Assembly (NCBI GenBank): GCA_002692205.1
Contig: NZJM01000047.1
Span: forward strand, 1 to 62,781
Source: Legionellales bacterium
GTDB lineage: Bacteria; Pseudomonadota; Gammaproteobacteria; Eutrophobiales; Eutrophobiaceae
Direction of reading: 5' to 3'
DNA length: 62,781 bases
Of this stretch, positions 22,344-32,038 are shown piece by piece. Every line of letters begins with the position of its first letter. Position 1 is the stretch's first letter. Position numbers and translations under genes: made by a program. A model generated the notes under the pieces. The model did no database searches. It was not told the DNA's origin and saw only the letters and a list, made by a program, of their open reading frames with translations.

Positions 22344-22846
22344 CCAGTTTTCTTAATTTCCAGTGCCATGGGCTCTGGACCAGAGAGTTTAGCATGTTCT
22401 CCCTGTTTAAGTGTAATGGTTTTTCCAATTACATCCGCCTGAATTGGTAATTCTCTACCACTACGCTCTATTAGTATTACTAAACTTATGCTGGCTGGGC
22501 GCCCAAAATCGAAAATTTCATTCATAGCAGCTCGAATCGTGCGACCTGTATGTAGGACATCGTCAACTAAAATCACATCCCTATCATCTATATTTGTTGA
22601 TAATTTACTCGGCTTTACTTCTGGGTGCACACCAATTTTACTAAAATCGTCACGATAAAATGCTATGTTTAGTTCGCCCAAAGGATCTTTATATCCCAGT
22701 TTATGGTGCAATCGTGTAGCTACCCATACGCCACCGCGCTGTATACCAATCATTAGTGGTTTTTTATATTTGAGATCCTCACAATGAGTACGAATCTCAT
22801 TTGCCATATTATCTATCAAAGATTCTATGTTAATTTCTTTATTCAT
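22340..22846 (-). CDS. pyrR: PyrR bifunctional regulator / uracil phosphoribosyltransferase
   Basis: PRPP loop [13 protein letters not shown]. 168 aa. 4-nt overlap with pyrB. Confidence 0.9.
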   Translation of the reverse strand: MNKEINIESLIDNMANEIRTHCEDLKYKKPLMIGIQRGGVWVATRLHHKLGYKDPLGELNIAFYRDDFSKIGVHPEVKPSKLSTNIDDRDVILVDDVLHTGRTIRAAMNEIFDFGRPASISLVILIERSGRELPIQADVIGKTITLKQGEHAKLSGPEPMALEIKKTG

Positions 22847-22852
22847 ATATTG

Positions 22853-23287
22853 TTAGTTTTGCTTATTACCATCATTTTGTCGACATTTGTTATTAGTATT
22901 TTCGCTAAACCATGTTTCAAGAATAAGTCTAGCCGACGTTGGATCAAGTTTACGAGTTGATTTTAATTCTCGTCTTGCCTCATACGAGGAAAGCTGTTCA
23001 CTTACTAGATCAACCGAAATATTATAACGATGATGTAGCTGTCTGCTAAATTTTTCAGCTAAATCAGTCATTTTTTGTCGATTCCCTTCTAAAGTAAGAG
23101 GGTGTCCAACAACAAATTGATCTGGGTTCCATTCATAGATGATTTCACTAATCGCTTTCCAGTCCGGCTTCTTATCAACCACATTTATTGTTTCTAATGC
23201 GGTTGCAGTACGCGTGACGGTTTGCCCAACAGCCACACCTATTCTTTTTTCGCCATAATCAAAACAAAGTAATGTTTTGTTATTCAC
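22853..23287 (-). CDS. ruvX: Putative pre-16S rRNA nuclease / Holliday junction resolvase-like YqgF
   Basis: LLCFDYGEKRIGVAVG N-terminus. 144 aa. Confidence 0.9.
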   Translation of the reverse strand: MNNKTLLCFDYGEKRIGVAVGQTVTRTATALETINVVDKKPDWKAISEIIYEWNPDQFVVGHPLTLEGNRQKMTDLAEKFSRQLHHRYNISVDLVSEQLSSYEARRELKSTRKLDPTSARLILETWFSENTNNKCRQNDGNKQN

Positions 23288-23319
23288 GTGTTTGCGTAAT
23301 CATATTTTTTAATTAAAAA

Positions 23320-24303
23320 TTATTTAAAACTTCTATTATTTATAAATTGCCAAGTACGCAGTATATGCAAAATATCAACTTTGTTTTCAATATTTTCAGG
23401 AAAAGCTGCATAGGGTGCAGCTAATTCAACGATTTTTATTGCTGCATCATCCAAAACTTTTTTTCCAGAAGATTTTCTCAAGGTAATTTCATTAATTGTC
23501 CCATCCCTATTTAGCGCAACTTCTAGTTGTAAGCTACCTGATAGATTAAGTTTTCTAGCTTCTTCAGGATAGTTAAGGTTACCAACTCTCTCAACTTTTC
23601 TTCGCCATGAATCCATGTATGACGCGTATTCGTATTGTTTAGTGTTTGCAGAAATGTATTTACGCCGTAGTCTCTCCGTTTTTTCTATCATTTCACGCCT
23701 CACCTCATTATCCGAAGATGCTATTTCAAAACTATTAGTCAGTAGTTCGTCGGCTGAGGGTATAGTTGGAGGTGTCGTTACTCTTTTTTTTATTTTTTTT
23801 TCTATATTAGGTTCGTCAAATTTTTCATATACAAAATCAAGTTCCTGTTTCTCGGAAATAATATCAGTGACTTCATTTTTCTCTTCTTGCTTTGCGATTA
23901 CTTGCATACTTTGTTCATTTACATCGAGTATTTCTGGAATCTCGGTTTTACTCATCTCTATATCATGGGGTTGGAGAAGTTCTTCTTTTAGTGTTGGTTT
24001 ATCAATTACTTGCTGATTTGCATCAGAAAAGCTTGGTGTAATCGATGTTGCAGGTTTATCAACTTCTTCAAATTCACCCCCACCTTCAAGATTTGCTTGT
24101 GCAAGCATCTCACTTTCATTATCTGCTTTAGTTTCTTGTTTTACTAAAATAATATCCATTGTGTTAAAGCGTATACTTGGCCTATCTTCCTTGGTAAAAC
24201 TTACTCCAAAAACAATAAGAGCATGAACCAATAGGGCTATAGATAAAGTTAAGCCTAGACGATCATGTGGAGTCGGCTTGTTACGCTGCGTGATATACAT
24301 CAT
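23320..24303 (-). CDS. TonB-family energy transducer-like protein
   Basis: N-terminal TM (LGLTLSIALLVHALIVFGV), a long acidic linker, and a C-terminal TonB domain (YPEEARKLNLSGSLQLEVALNRDGTINEITLRKSSGKKVLDDAA). It has the same position next to gshB as Pseudomonas tonB3. Confidence 0.75.
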   Translation of the reverse strand: MMYITQRNKPTPHDRLGLTLSIALLVHALIVFGVSFTKEDRPSIRFNTMDIILVKQETKADNESEMLAQANLEGGGEFEEVDKPATSITPSFSDANQQVIDKPTLKEELLQPHDIEMSKTEIPEILDVNEQSMQVIAKQEEKNEVTDIISEKQELDFVYEKFDEPNIEKKIKKRVTTPPTIPSADELLTNSFEIASSDNEVRREMIEKTERLRRKYISANTKQYEYASYMDSWRRKVERVGNLNYPEEARKLNLSGSLQLEVALNRDGTINEITLRKSSGKKVLDDAAIKIVELAAPYAAFPENIENKVDILHILRTWQFINNRSFK

Positions 24304-25250
24304 CTATACTCTTTTCTTTTTTTATCTATTGCATCCATGAGTTGCTCTGCAATTTTTAGATCATAGATATTATCTAGTTCCCGTATGCATGTTGGGCTAG
24401 TCACATTAATTTCTGTTAGGTAATCACCTATTATATCTATACCAACAAAGATTAAACCCATCTCTCTTAATTTGGGGCCAACTTTTTCACATATCCATTT
24501 ATCACGCTTAGTTAACTCAATTCCTTTACCAATCGCCCCTTGAGCGAGGTTACCCTTTGAATTATTAGTAGACGGTACTCTTGCTAATGCATAAGGAATA
24601 GGTTTGCCATCAATTAACAAAACACGCTTATCCCCTGCAACAATATCTGGCAGAAATTTTTGACCCATTACATACTCACTGCCATTTTTTCTCATAGATT
24701 TTAATATGCTTTCAATATTATCGTCTTGTTTGTTTATACGATGAATACCTATTCCTCCCATACCATCTAAAGGTTTAACGATAATATCGCCTTGTTCTTG
24801 TACGAACTTTGTTAATAGCTTTATATCTCTGCTTATTAAAGTTGGCGCGATGCACTCTGGGAAATACGTAATATAGAATTTTTCGTTAACAGTTCTTAGC
24901 GATGCAGGATTATTTACAACACATGTTCCTAGTCGATGAGCGTGTTCAAGTATGTAAGTTGAATAGATGTACTCGAGATTAAATGGCGGGTCTTTTCTCA
25001 TTAAGATTATATCAAGTGCAGATAGATCATCTACATGTGTATTTGTAAGATTATGCCATTCTTTGGAATTATCCTCGACTGTCAGCGATTGCATTCGTGC
25101 TCGTGGTTTTTCGTTATCCATATAGAGATCATCAAGCTCCATATAATGTATGTTCCAGCCACGTTTTTGAGCAGCTAGCAACATTGCGAAAGAACTATCT
25201 TTCTTTATCTCGATTTCGCTAATCGGGTCCATGATAATTCCCAATTCCAT
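24300..25250 (-). CDS. gshB: Glutathione synthetase
   Basis: MELGIIMDPISEIEIKKDSS matches the E. coli GshB N-terminus. ATP-grasp C-terminal half. Confidence 0.93.
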   Translation of the reverse strand: MELGIIMDPISEIEIKKDSSFAMLLAAQKRGWNIHYMELDDLYMDNEKPRARMQSLTVEDNSKEWHNLTNTHVDDLSALDIILMRKDPPFNLEYIYSTYILEHAHRLGTCVVNNPASLRTVNEKFYITYFPECIAPTLISRDIKLLTKFVQEQGDIIVKPLDGMGGIGIHRINKQDDNIESILKSMRKNGSEYVMGQKFLPDIVAGDKRVLLIDGKPIPYALARVPSTNNSKGNLAQGAIGKGIELTKRDKWICEKVGPKLREMGLIFVGIDIIGDYLTEINVTSPTCIRELDNIYDLKIAEQLMDAIDKKRKEYR

Positions 25251-25371
25251 AAGATATCCTTACTCCAGTTATTCCATATGACTATAAACAGCTTTCTCAA
25301 TAATTCCCAAAGTGTATCATTATAAAACTGTATTTCATTTAATAACATGGTTTAAATAAATTATATATAGC

Positions 25372-26292
25372 ATGAAAAAAATAAAAATAGCTACCCGAAA
25401 TAGCATGCTTGCAAAATGGCAGGCCGAATATGTCAAAGAGCAATTGAAAGAAAATCACTCTGATATAGAAATTGAATTATTGTACATAAAAACAGAAGGA
25501 GATCGTTTTCTCGATTCTCCTTTATTTAATATTGGTGGCAAGGGTCTTTTTATCAAAGAACTTGAAGAGGCATTATTATCTAAAGATGCGGATATAGCTG
25601 TGCACTCAATGAAAGATGTTGTTATAGATTTACCAGAGGGTCTTGAAATTGCAGCTATTATGAGGCGAGAAGATAGCCGTGATGTACTGGTATCAAATAA
25701 ATTTAATACAATTAAGAAAATCTCTAGTAATAGTATTATTGGAACCTCGAGTTTACGCAGACAGTCACAATTAAGAAAGATCGATTCAAATATTCAACTT
25801 AAAGATTTACGAGGAAATGTTGAGACAAGAATACGCAAATTAGATGATGGAGAGTATGATGCGATAATACTAGCAGCTGCAGGAATTATTCGGTTAGGTT
25901 TAAAAAAACGTATAACTGAACTAGTACCTTATTCAGATATTCTGCCTGCTATAGGCCAAGGCGCAATTGGCATAGAGTGTCGCTCTGATGATATAAAAAC
26001 AAAAAATTTAATTACCCCCCTAGGCGATAAAAATACAACCCTTTGCGTATTAACGGAGCGAGAATTCAGCCGGCGTTTAAATGGTGGCTGTCAATTACCG
26101 ATTGCTGCACATGCAACTATCGAATCTAATCAGATAACATTGGATGGATTAGTTGCAAAATTGGATGGAAGTCAGGTTATTAGATCATCACAAACAGGAA
26201 ATTTTGAAGACGCAGAAAAAATTGGTTCTTCATTAGCTGAGTCATTAATTAAACGCGGAGCAGATGTTATTTTGAAAAATTTCATAAATTGA
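25372..26292 (+). CDS. hemC: Porphobilinogen deaminase
   Basis: IATRNSMLAKWQAEYV, RGNVETRIRKLD, cofactor Cys in GGCQLPIAAHA. Confidence 0.95.
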   Translation: MKKIKIATRNSMLAKWQAEYVKEQLKENHSDIEIELLYIKTEGDRFLDSPLFNIGGKGLFIKELEEALLSKDADIAVHSMKDVVIDLPEGLEIAAIMRREDSRDVLVSNKFNTIKKISSNSIIGTSSLRRQSQLRKIDSNIQLKDLRGNVETRIRKLDDGEYDAIILAAAGIIRLGLKKRITELVPYSDILPAIGQGAIGIECRSDDIKTKNLITPLGDKNTTLCVLTEREFSRRLNGGCQLPIAAHATIESNQITLDGLVAKLDGSQVIRSSQTGNFEDAEKIGSSLAESLIKRGADVILKNFIN

Positions 26293-26302
26293 TATTATAG
26301 TT

Positions 26303-27070
26303 ATGACACTTAATAAAAAATATATATTAATAACTAGGCCAATTGAACAAGCTGATTATTTGTCACGATTGATTTTGGACAATGATGGCATAAGCGTGAA
26401 ATTCCCCACCATAGATATTCAGCCATTGGATAAAACTAAAGAGTTAATTGCGAATTTTAATAATATAAAAGATAGTGATATTTTAATATTTATAAGTCGT
26501 AATGCAGTAAGAGTTGCGGTTGATCGTTTTATTACAGATATTAATATGTTCAAAAATATTAAAATTATTGGCGTAGGTTCCGGTACTATGGGCGAGTTAG
26601 AAAAATCGAATTTTAAAAATATTATTTATTCGGAGCAATCTGATAGTGAAGGAGTGCTAAATTTATCAGATATGCAAAGTGAGAAAATAAAAAGTAAAAA
26701 AATTTTTATTATACGCGGCGTAGGTGGACGGGAACTATTAGTAAAAGGCTTAAAAGAAAGAGGTGCTGACGTTGAGTGTATTGAGATTTATAAAAGATGT
26801 CTAACAAAATACAATAAAAATCAATTAGATAAGCTTTGGTATAAGAGGAAGCCCGATGCTGCAATAGTCACAAGCAATGATATTTTAGACAATTTAACAA
26901 ACATATTAAAAGACGACAAAAAGCAATTATTATCTACTCCTCTTATAGTAATGTCGGATAGGATTGCGGAATATGCAAGAAATATAGGTTTTATATCAAA
27001 AATAAGTATAGTCAAAGAAAAAAGTGACGATGGTATTTTCCAATGTTTACTTAAACTTGTTGGAGATTAA
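26303..27070 (+). CDS. hemD: Uroporphyrinogen-III synthase
   Basis: 255 aa in the hemC-hemD-hemX-hemY order. Weak family motifs only (ILITRP...). Confidence 0.85.
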   Translation: MTLNKKYILITRPIEQADYLSRLILDNDGISVKFPTIDIQPLDKTKELIANFNNIKDSDILIFISRNAVRVAVDRFITDINMFKNIKIIGVGSGTMGELEKSNFKNIIYSEQSDSEGVLNLSDMQSEKIKSKKIFIIRGVGGRELLVKGLKERGADVECIEIYKRCLTKYNKNQLDKLWYKRKPDAAIVTSNDILDNLTNILKDDKKQLLSTPLIVMSDRIAEYARNIGFISKISIVKEKSDDGIFQCLLKLVGD

Positions 27071-27074
27071 GAGT

Positions 27075-28100
27075 ATGAGTGAAACAAAAGAAAAAAATAA
27101 AACAAAGCAAGTCAGTCCAAAAAATAAATCATCTTATAAAATAATATCATTATTTTTTATATTAATTGTAATATTTTCTATTTCATTCTTCTTTTTGGAA
27201 AAGAAAGATAAAAATAATAAAAAATATATGGAGCAAAAAATAATACAGATAGAGAATACAATCGCTAATATCGATAGTTCTATAAATAAGAATAATAAAA
27301 ATCTTCTAAATATGAAAAAAAAGCTCGATGAGTACAAGTCAGAAAATGATGTACTCTCTGATTTAGTTTCTCAACCAATTAAAGAACAATTTACTATTAA
27401 TGTTGATTATGCATTATTAGAAATAGAGCATTTACTGACTATTGCGAACCATAATTTGTTATTAGTCGGAGACTATCAAAAAATATTATCGATAATAGAG
27501 ATAGCAAAGTCTAGGTTAGATGGTATTGATATAGAGAAAGCAAAAATTATTCAGCAAGAACTTATGAAACAAATTAATATTATAAAATCATATAATATTG
27601 CTGATTCAACAGAAATACTCATATTACTATCCAATTTATCAAATCGCATTGAAAGTTTTTCACTAAAAAAAGTAATTATTAAAGAAAATAATAACGTTAC
27701 TAGTGAAGATAATGAGAAAAGAATAGAAGAAAAAAAATTTCTAGACTACGTTTTAGCTGAGCTTAAAAATTTAGTTTTAATAACGTATGATAAAAATTTA
27801 AATGGAAGAGTATTTTCTCCTAATAATATAAATTCAATTATTAAATATGAGATTCTAAATGCAAAACTATCGTTATTAAATCGTTCCAAGAAAGATTTAG
27901 ATGAATCTATTTATAATATAAAGAATACTTTAAGCAGTCATTATGACTTAACAGATCCAGAACTTATTGATATTCTTGAGAAGTTATCAAGAATATCTGG
28001 GTTAGAGTTACATATACCAGGTATCGATATAACTTCATCTCTTGAATCTGTTCGCGCCTTAATACGTATTCAAAGCCAATTAAGTGATAAAAAATCATAA
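27075..28100 (+). CDS. hemX: HemX-like membrane protein
   Basis: I chose the ATG at 27075 (MSETKEKNK), just after the hemD stop, rather than the track start at 27024 inside hemD. One TM followed by a coiled-coil region. Position between hemD and hemY. Confidence 0.75.
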   Translation: MSETKEKNKTKQVSPKNKSSYKIISLFFILIVIFSISFFFLEKKDKNNKKYMEQKIIQIENTIANIDSSINKNNKNLLNMKKKLDEYKSENDVLSDLVSQPIKEQFTINVDYALLEIEHLLTIANHNLLLVGDYQKILSIIEIAKSRLDGIDIEKAKIIQQELMKQINIIKSYNIADSTEILILLSNLSNRIESFSLKKVIIKENNNVTSEDNEKRIEEKKFLDYVLAELKNLVLITYDKNLNGRVFSPNNINSIIKYEILNAKLSLLNRSKKDLDESIYNIKNTLSSHYDLTDPELIDILEKLSRISGLELHIPGIDITSSLESVRALIRIQSQLSDKKS

Positions 28101-29285
28101 ATGAAATATTTGTTGCTAACTTTATTAGTACTATTTATTGCGGTTGCAATAGGTTCTCTCATTGTGGAGGATACTGGCTATGTTCAGCTAGCTATTTCTG
28201 GCTGGAAAATCGAAACAAATCTTATCGTATTCTCCTCTACTCTAACTCTAGTTTTTATTGCGGTATATATTCTTATAAGAAGCTTCATAAGAACATGGAG
28301 ATTACCAGCAGATTTAAGAGCATGGAAATTAGCAAAGAATCAATCACTAATCGAAGTGCATATTAGTAATGGCTTAGTCAATATGGTTGAGGGCAACTGG
28401 GTAGACGCAGAGAAAAGCTTTCATAAAGCGGCAGCTATAAGCCATGACCCATATATTATTTATGCTCAGGCAGCAAGAGCAGCATACGAAAGCGGGTTAC
28501 TCGATAAGCAAAACGAATATTTAAAACTGGCACGAATTGATAATCCAGATGCATTACTTATTACCGGGTTAATCCAGGCAGAGCTACATTTAAAAGAAAA
28601 CCAAGCTGTGCAGGCAATTGGAGTGCTGAATAGCTTGTTAGAAAAATGGCCAGAACAAAATCGCGTTAAAGAATTACTTATGGAGGCCTATATATTAGTT
28701 AATAATTGGCAAGAATTATTAGAATTATTGAGCACGATTGGAAAAAATAAGTATTTCTCTCATGATGTAATTGAAGATAAAAAAATCACCGCTTATAAAG
28801 GACTATTAAATGAGGCAGGATGCGTAGGAGATAGAAATTTATTAAATAAACTGTGGGAAGATCTCCCACGGAAATTGAAGAAACAAACAAGCTTAATCGT
28901 AGTATATATTACTGAGCGCATTAGGTTCAAAGATACATCAGATTGTGAAGTTTTGCTTAAGCAAGAGATAAAACGCAATTGGGATAGAAGATTGATAAAT
29001 TTATATGGGCTTGTTATTTCAACAGATGCAGATGGTCAACTTGAAACCGCAGAATCATGGTTAAATAATTATAAAAGTGATCCAATCTTATTTTTAACTC
29101 TAGGTAGAATATCTATTCGTAATAGTTTGTGGACTAAGGCGAAAGAGTATTTGCAAAAATCTAGTGATATTGAGGAAAATGCAGATGTTTTTTTTGAGTT
29201 TGCGAAGCTGTATCAATCTCAAGGTGATTATAAACAAGCCTCGATTTATTATGAAAGAGGAATTTTTTTAAAAAAACTAAAATAA
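28101..29285 (+). CDS. hemY: HemY-like TPR membrane protein
   Basis: Two N-terminal TM helices plus TPR-like repeats. Last gene of the hemCDXY cluster. Confidence 0.8.
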   Translation: MKYLLLTLLVLFIAVAIGSLIVEDTGYVQLAISGWKIETNLIVFSSTLTLVFIAVYILIRSFIRTWRLPADLRAWKLAKNQSLIEVHISNGLVNMVEGNWVDAEKSFHKAAAISHDPYIIYAQAARAAYESGLLDKQNEYLKLARIDNPDALLITGLIQAELHLKENQAVQAIGVLNSLLEKWPEQNRVKELLMEAYILVNNWQELLELLSTIGKNKYFSHDVIEDKKITAYKGLLNEAGCVGDRNLLNKLWEDLPRKLKKQTSLIVVYITERIRFKDTSDCEVLLKQEIKRNWDRRLINLYGLVISTDADGQLETAESWLNNYKSDPILFLTLGRISIRNSLWTKAKEYLQKSSDIEENADVFFEFAKLYQSQGDYKQASIYYERGIFLKKLK

Positions 29286-29322
29286 ATAAAAAATTAAGTA
29301 TCTAAAAATAGATATTATTATT

Positions 29323-30330
29323 TTAATTTTTCGCTATCTCAAAAGAATCAGAAAATAAATTTTCTTCTCGAAGATGATGTTCGGGGAACGTTTGTATGAC
29401 AGCGTCAATCATAGGCGGTGGCCCACAAGCATAAACATCATGGTCTGATAAATCAGAGTAATCCTCTAAAACAGCCTCGTGGACATACCCAGTTTTTCCG
29501 GACCAATTTGATTGCGCATCAACATCAGATAATACGGGGGAATAGGATATATGAGGATATTTATTAACCCATTCATTCACCATTTTATTAAGATAAAGAT
29601 CAGTTTCAACACGAGCGCCCCAATAAATATGTAAGGTTCTTGGGTCATTTATTTCAAGCATATACTCAACAATACTTTTTATAGGAGCAAAACCTGTTCC
29701 ACCAGCTACCATGATAATTGGACGTTCTGATTTTTGTAATGTGAACTGGCCTAACGGACCTTCAATTTTCATCAATGAATTATCTTTTAATACTTTAAAA
29801 GCGTATTCAGAAAATAATCCACCATCATAATACCGAACATGAAGCTCTATAATTTGATCTTCATGTGGTGGGTTAGCAAGTGAAAATGAACGGCGTTTCC
29901 CCCCAGGTAAAATCAAATCAATATATTGACCAGGAGAGAACTCAAGAGATTCGGTTTTTGGCAATTCGAGGATTATTCGCATAACAGAGTCATTAAGCTT
30001 TTCAGATATTTTTACTCGAGCAGGAAATTGTTTGATAGCAATCTTAGTTTGAGTGTCAACTATTCTAGCTTCAATCTCAATATCACTAGAAGCTCTAGCC
30101 TGACATAATAATATATGATTATTTTCAAGTTTATTCTGCGAGGTATATTCTGAGGCAGCTTTATAGGAGTAGCTTCCTGACTTGATCGTCGCAATGCATG
30201 ACCCACATTCACCGTTACGACAACCATATGGTAAATTGAGTCCTTGTCTTAATGCAGCTTCCAGAATACTTTCTTTCTCATTTGCTTCAAAAGAAATATT
30301 TTGATCTGTAAGTCGAACAACATAATTCAT
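29323..30330 (-). CDS. 2Fe-2S ferredoxin / FNR-family NAD(P)H oxidoreductase (CDP-6-deoxy-glucoseen reductase-like)
   Basis: Plant-type cluster CRNGECGSC...LLC, FAD motif RRSFSLAN, NAD motif VAGGTGFAP. Confidence 0.85.
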   Translation of the reverse strand: MNYVVRLTDQNISFEANEKESILEAALRQGLNLPYGCRNGECGSCIATIKSGSYSYKAASEYTSQNKLENNHILLCQARASSDIEIEARIVDTQTKIAIKQFPARVKISEKLNDSVMRIILELPKTESLEFSPGQYIDLILPGGKRRSFSLANPPHEDQIIELHVRYYDGGLFSEYAFKVLKDNSLMKIEGPLGQFTLQKSERPIIMVAGGTGFAPIKSIVEYMLEINDPRTLHIYWGARVETDLYLNKMVNEWVNKYPHISYSPVLSDVDAQSNWSGKTGYVHEAVLEDYSDLSDHDVYACGPPPMIDAVIQTFPEHHLREENLFSDSFEIAKN

Positions 30331-30339
30331 CTAAAAAAT

Positions 30340-30996
30340 TTATCCAGGAATACTGCGTTTACTATTGAGCCATCGCAAGAGAGGTGCCCACTGTTCACGG
30401 TCGTAGTAAGTTTTGGATGGAGGCAGTTCAAAAATACTTAAACCACGCTCGGAGGCATTAATATAATTTTGACTCGATCTTAACATTGTCATGAAAGGTA
30501 GTTTCTTTCCATTTGGCAACTTTATATTATATAAATAATGTTCTAACTTTGCTGCAATCAAAGTATCTTCTCGAACACGATTAGCGATAGTCGCGATCTT
30601 TATTTTATTATTTATTGAACCTTTAAATGAGAATAGTTCATCAAGGAACCGCTCTGCTGCTCGTATATCTATGGGTGATGCAACAACTGGCATTATAAGA
30701 CTTTGAGCTTTTCTAAGATACTTACGCAGTCTTTTGTCTTCAAGAGCGGCAGGTGTATCTATAATTAAAACTTCTGTATTTCTCGGAACCTTTAAACGTT
30801 CATTTTCAACAACTATTCCATTGATAGCACTATATTTATCAGCCCTTATTGATAACCAGTCATGACTTGAACCTTGAGGATCACAATCAGCTAAGGTTAC
30901 TTTCTTTCCTTTCATTGAAAAATAAGCCGCTACATTAGTAGCAATCGTACTTTTTCCACAACCACCTTTTGGGTTTAATACAATAATAGTTCTCAC
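30340..30996 (-). CDS. Orphan ParA/MinD-family P-loop ATPase
   Basis: Deviant Walker [11 protein letters not shown] with the signature Lys, and Walker B VLIIDTP. The GTG start overlaps the prk stop (GTGA). Confidence 0.85.
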   Translation of the reverse strand: MRTIIVLNPKGGCGKSTIATNVAAYFSMKGKKVTLADCDPQGSSHDWLSIRADKYSAINGIVVENERLKVPRNTEVLIIDTPAALEDKRLRKYLRKAQSLIMPVVASPIDIRAAERFLDELFSFKGSINNKIKIATIANRVREDTLIAAKLEHYLYNIKLPNGKKLPFMTMLRSSQNYINASERGLSIFELPPSKTYYDREQWAPLLRWLNSKRSIPG

Positions 30997-31877
30997 GTTT
31001 TTAGTTTCTCATTTTTTTTATCAATTAGTTTTTGTATTACCGGTGTTAGAATTAGTTGCATTGCAAATACTTTTTTTCCTGCTGGGACAACAATTGTATC
31101 AGGACTCGACATGATGGATCCCTCTAGCATTTCTAATAAATGACGGAAATCAACTTGTATCTTATCTAGGTTACGAATATGTAATACACTAAAACTTTCA
31201 TCATTAGTCGGTATATAGTGAGTAGCAAAGGGGTTAGATGTATCTATAGTCGGCACTCTTTGAAAATTAATATCTGTTAAAGAAAATTGTGGTGTTATGT
31301 AATGCACATAATCATGCATACGACTTAGTATAAGTTTAGTTGCATTCTCTGTTGTGTATCCTCGTATTGCTCTGTCCCTATGTATTTTTTGCATCCATTC
31401 TAGATTTATAATTGGGGTTACACCTATAAGCAAGTCGACATGTTTGGCGATATCTATTTCTTCAGTTATCAATCCACCATGTAGACCTTCATATAAAAGT
31501 AAATCTGTATTCTCTTCGAGAGGCTCCCATTCAGTAAGAGTCCCCGGAGCACTATCATGTTCTGATGCCTCACTCTCGTCATGTATATAAAAGCGTTTTT
31601 TCCCAGTTCCATTTAGGCCGTATTCTTTAAAAACGTTCTCTAATTCTTTGAATAAATTTCCCTCAGGTCCGAAATGCGTTAGGTTTTTGCCTTGCCTTTC
31701 CGCCTCAATACTCAACTTATCCATCTCATCCCGGTTATAACGATGAAAACAATCTCCTTCGATAATCGCCGGCTTAATACTATGTTTTCGAAAAATGTAC
31801 ATAAAAGCACTTTTTGCAATACTCGTGCCGGCCCCAGATGAGCCTGTTACTGCAATTATAGGGTGTTTTTCAGACAT
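30993..31877 (-). CDS. prk: Phosphoribulokinase
   Basis: [19 protein letters not shown] matches the E. coli PrkB N-terminus ([18 protein letters not shown]). For that reason I chose the start at 31877 rather than the track start at 31979. Confidence 0.9.
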   Translation of the reverse strand: MSEKHPIIAVTGSSGAGTSIAKSAFMYIFRKHSIKPAIIEGDCFHRYNRDEMDKLSIEAERQGKNLTHFGPEGNLFKELENVFKEYGLNGTGKKRFYIHDESEASEHDSAPGTLTEWEPLEENTDLLLYEGLHGGLITEEIDIAKHVDLLIGVTPIINLEWMQKIHRDRAIRGYTTENATKLILSRMHDYVHYITPQFSLTDINFQRVPTIDTSNPFATHYIPTNDESFSVLHIRNLDKIQVDFRHLLEMLEGSIMSSPDTIVVPAGKKVFAMQLILTPVIQKLIDKKNEKLKT

Positions 31878-32038
31878 AGTTATTAATCCATTTTTGGTCA
31901 GTTTTATTAAAATATTACTATTGTGACAGTTTCTATGTATAGATTGCACAATTCGATGACCACGTGCATTATAAGCCATATGTTACCTCAAAACCATAAG
32001 GTAAAATCATGATTTTATAGGGAAAAAGTTTTATTAAG

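Noticed and set aside
29286-29322. The AT-only hairpin TATCTAaaaaTAGATA between convergent hemY and the FNR-like gene, as a terminator.
   Set aside because: It is a 6-bp all-A/T stem with no clear U-tract, which is too weak to call.
31878-31979. N-terminal extensions offered by the longest-ORF track. These are prk 31878-31979, DctP-like 37389-37454, hemX 27024-27074, dut 6142-6156, iron permease 50251-50280, rpmE 45158-45262 and cyt c4 43727-43735.
   Set aside because: Homolog N-termini, SD placement, or overlap with the upstream gene favour the internal start codons used in the feature list.
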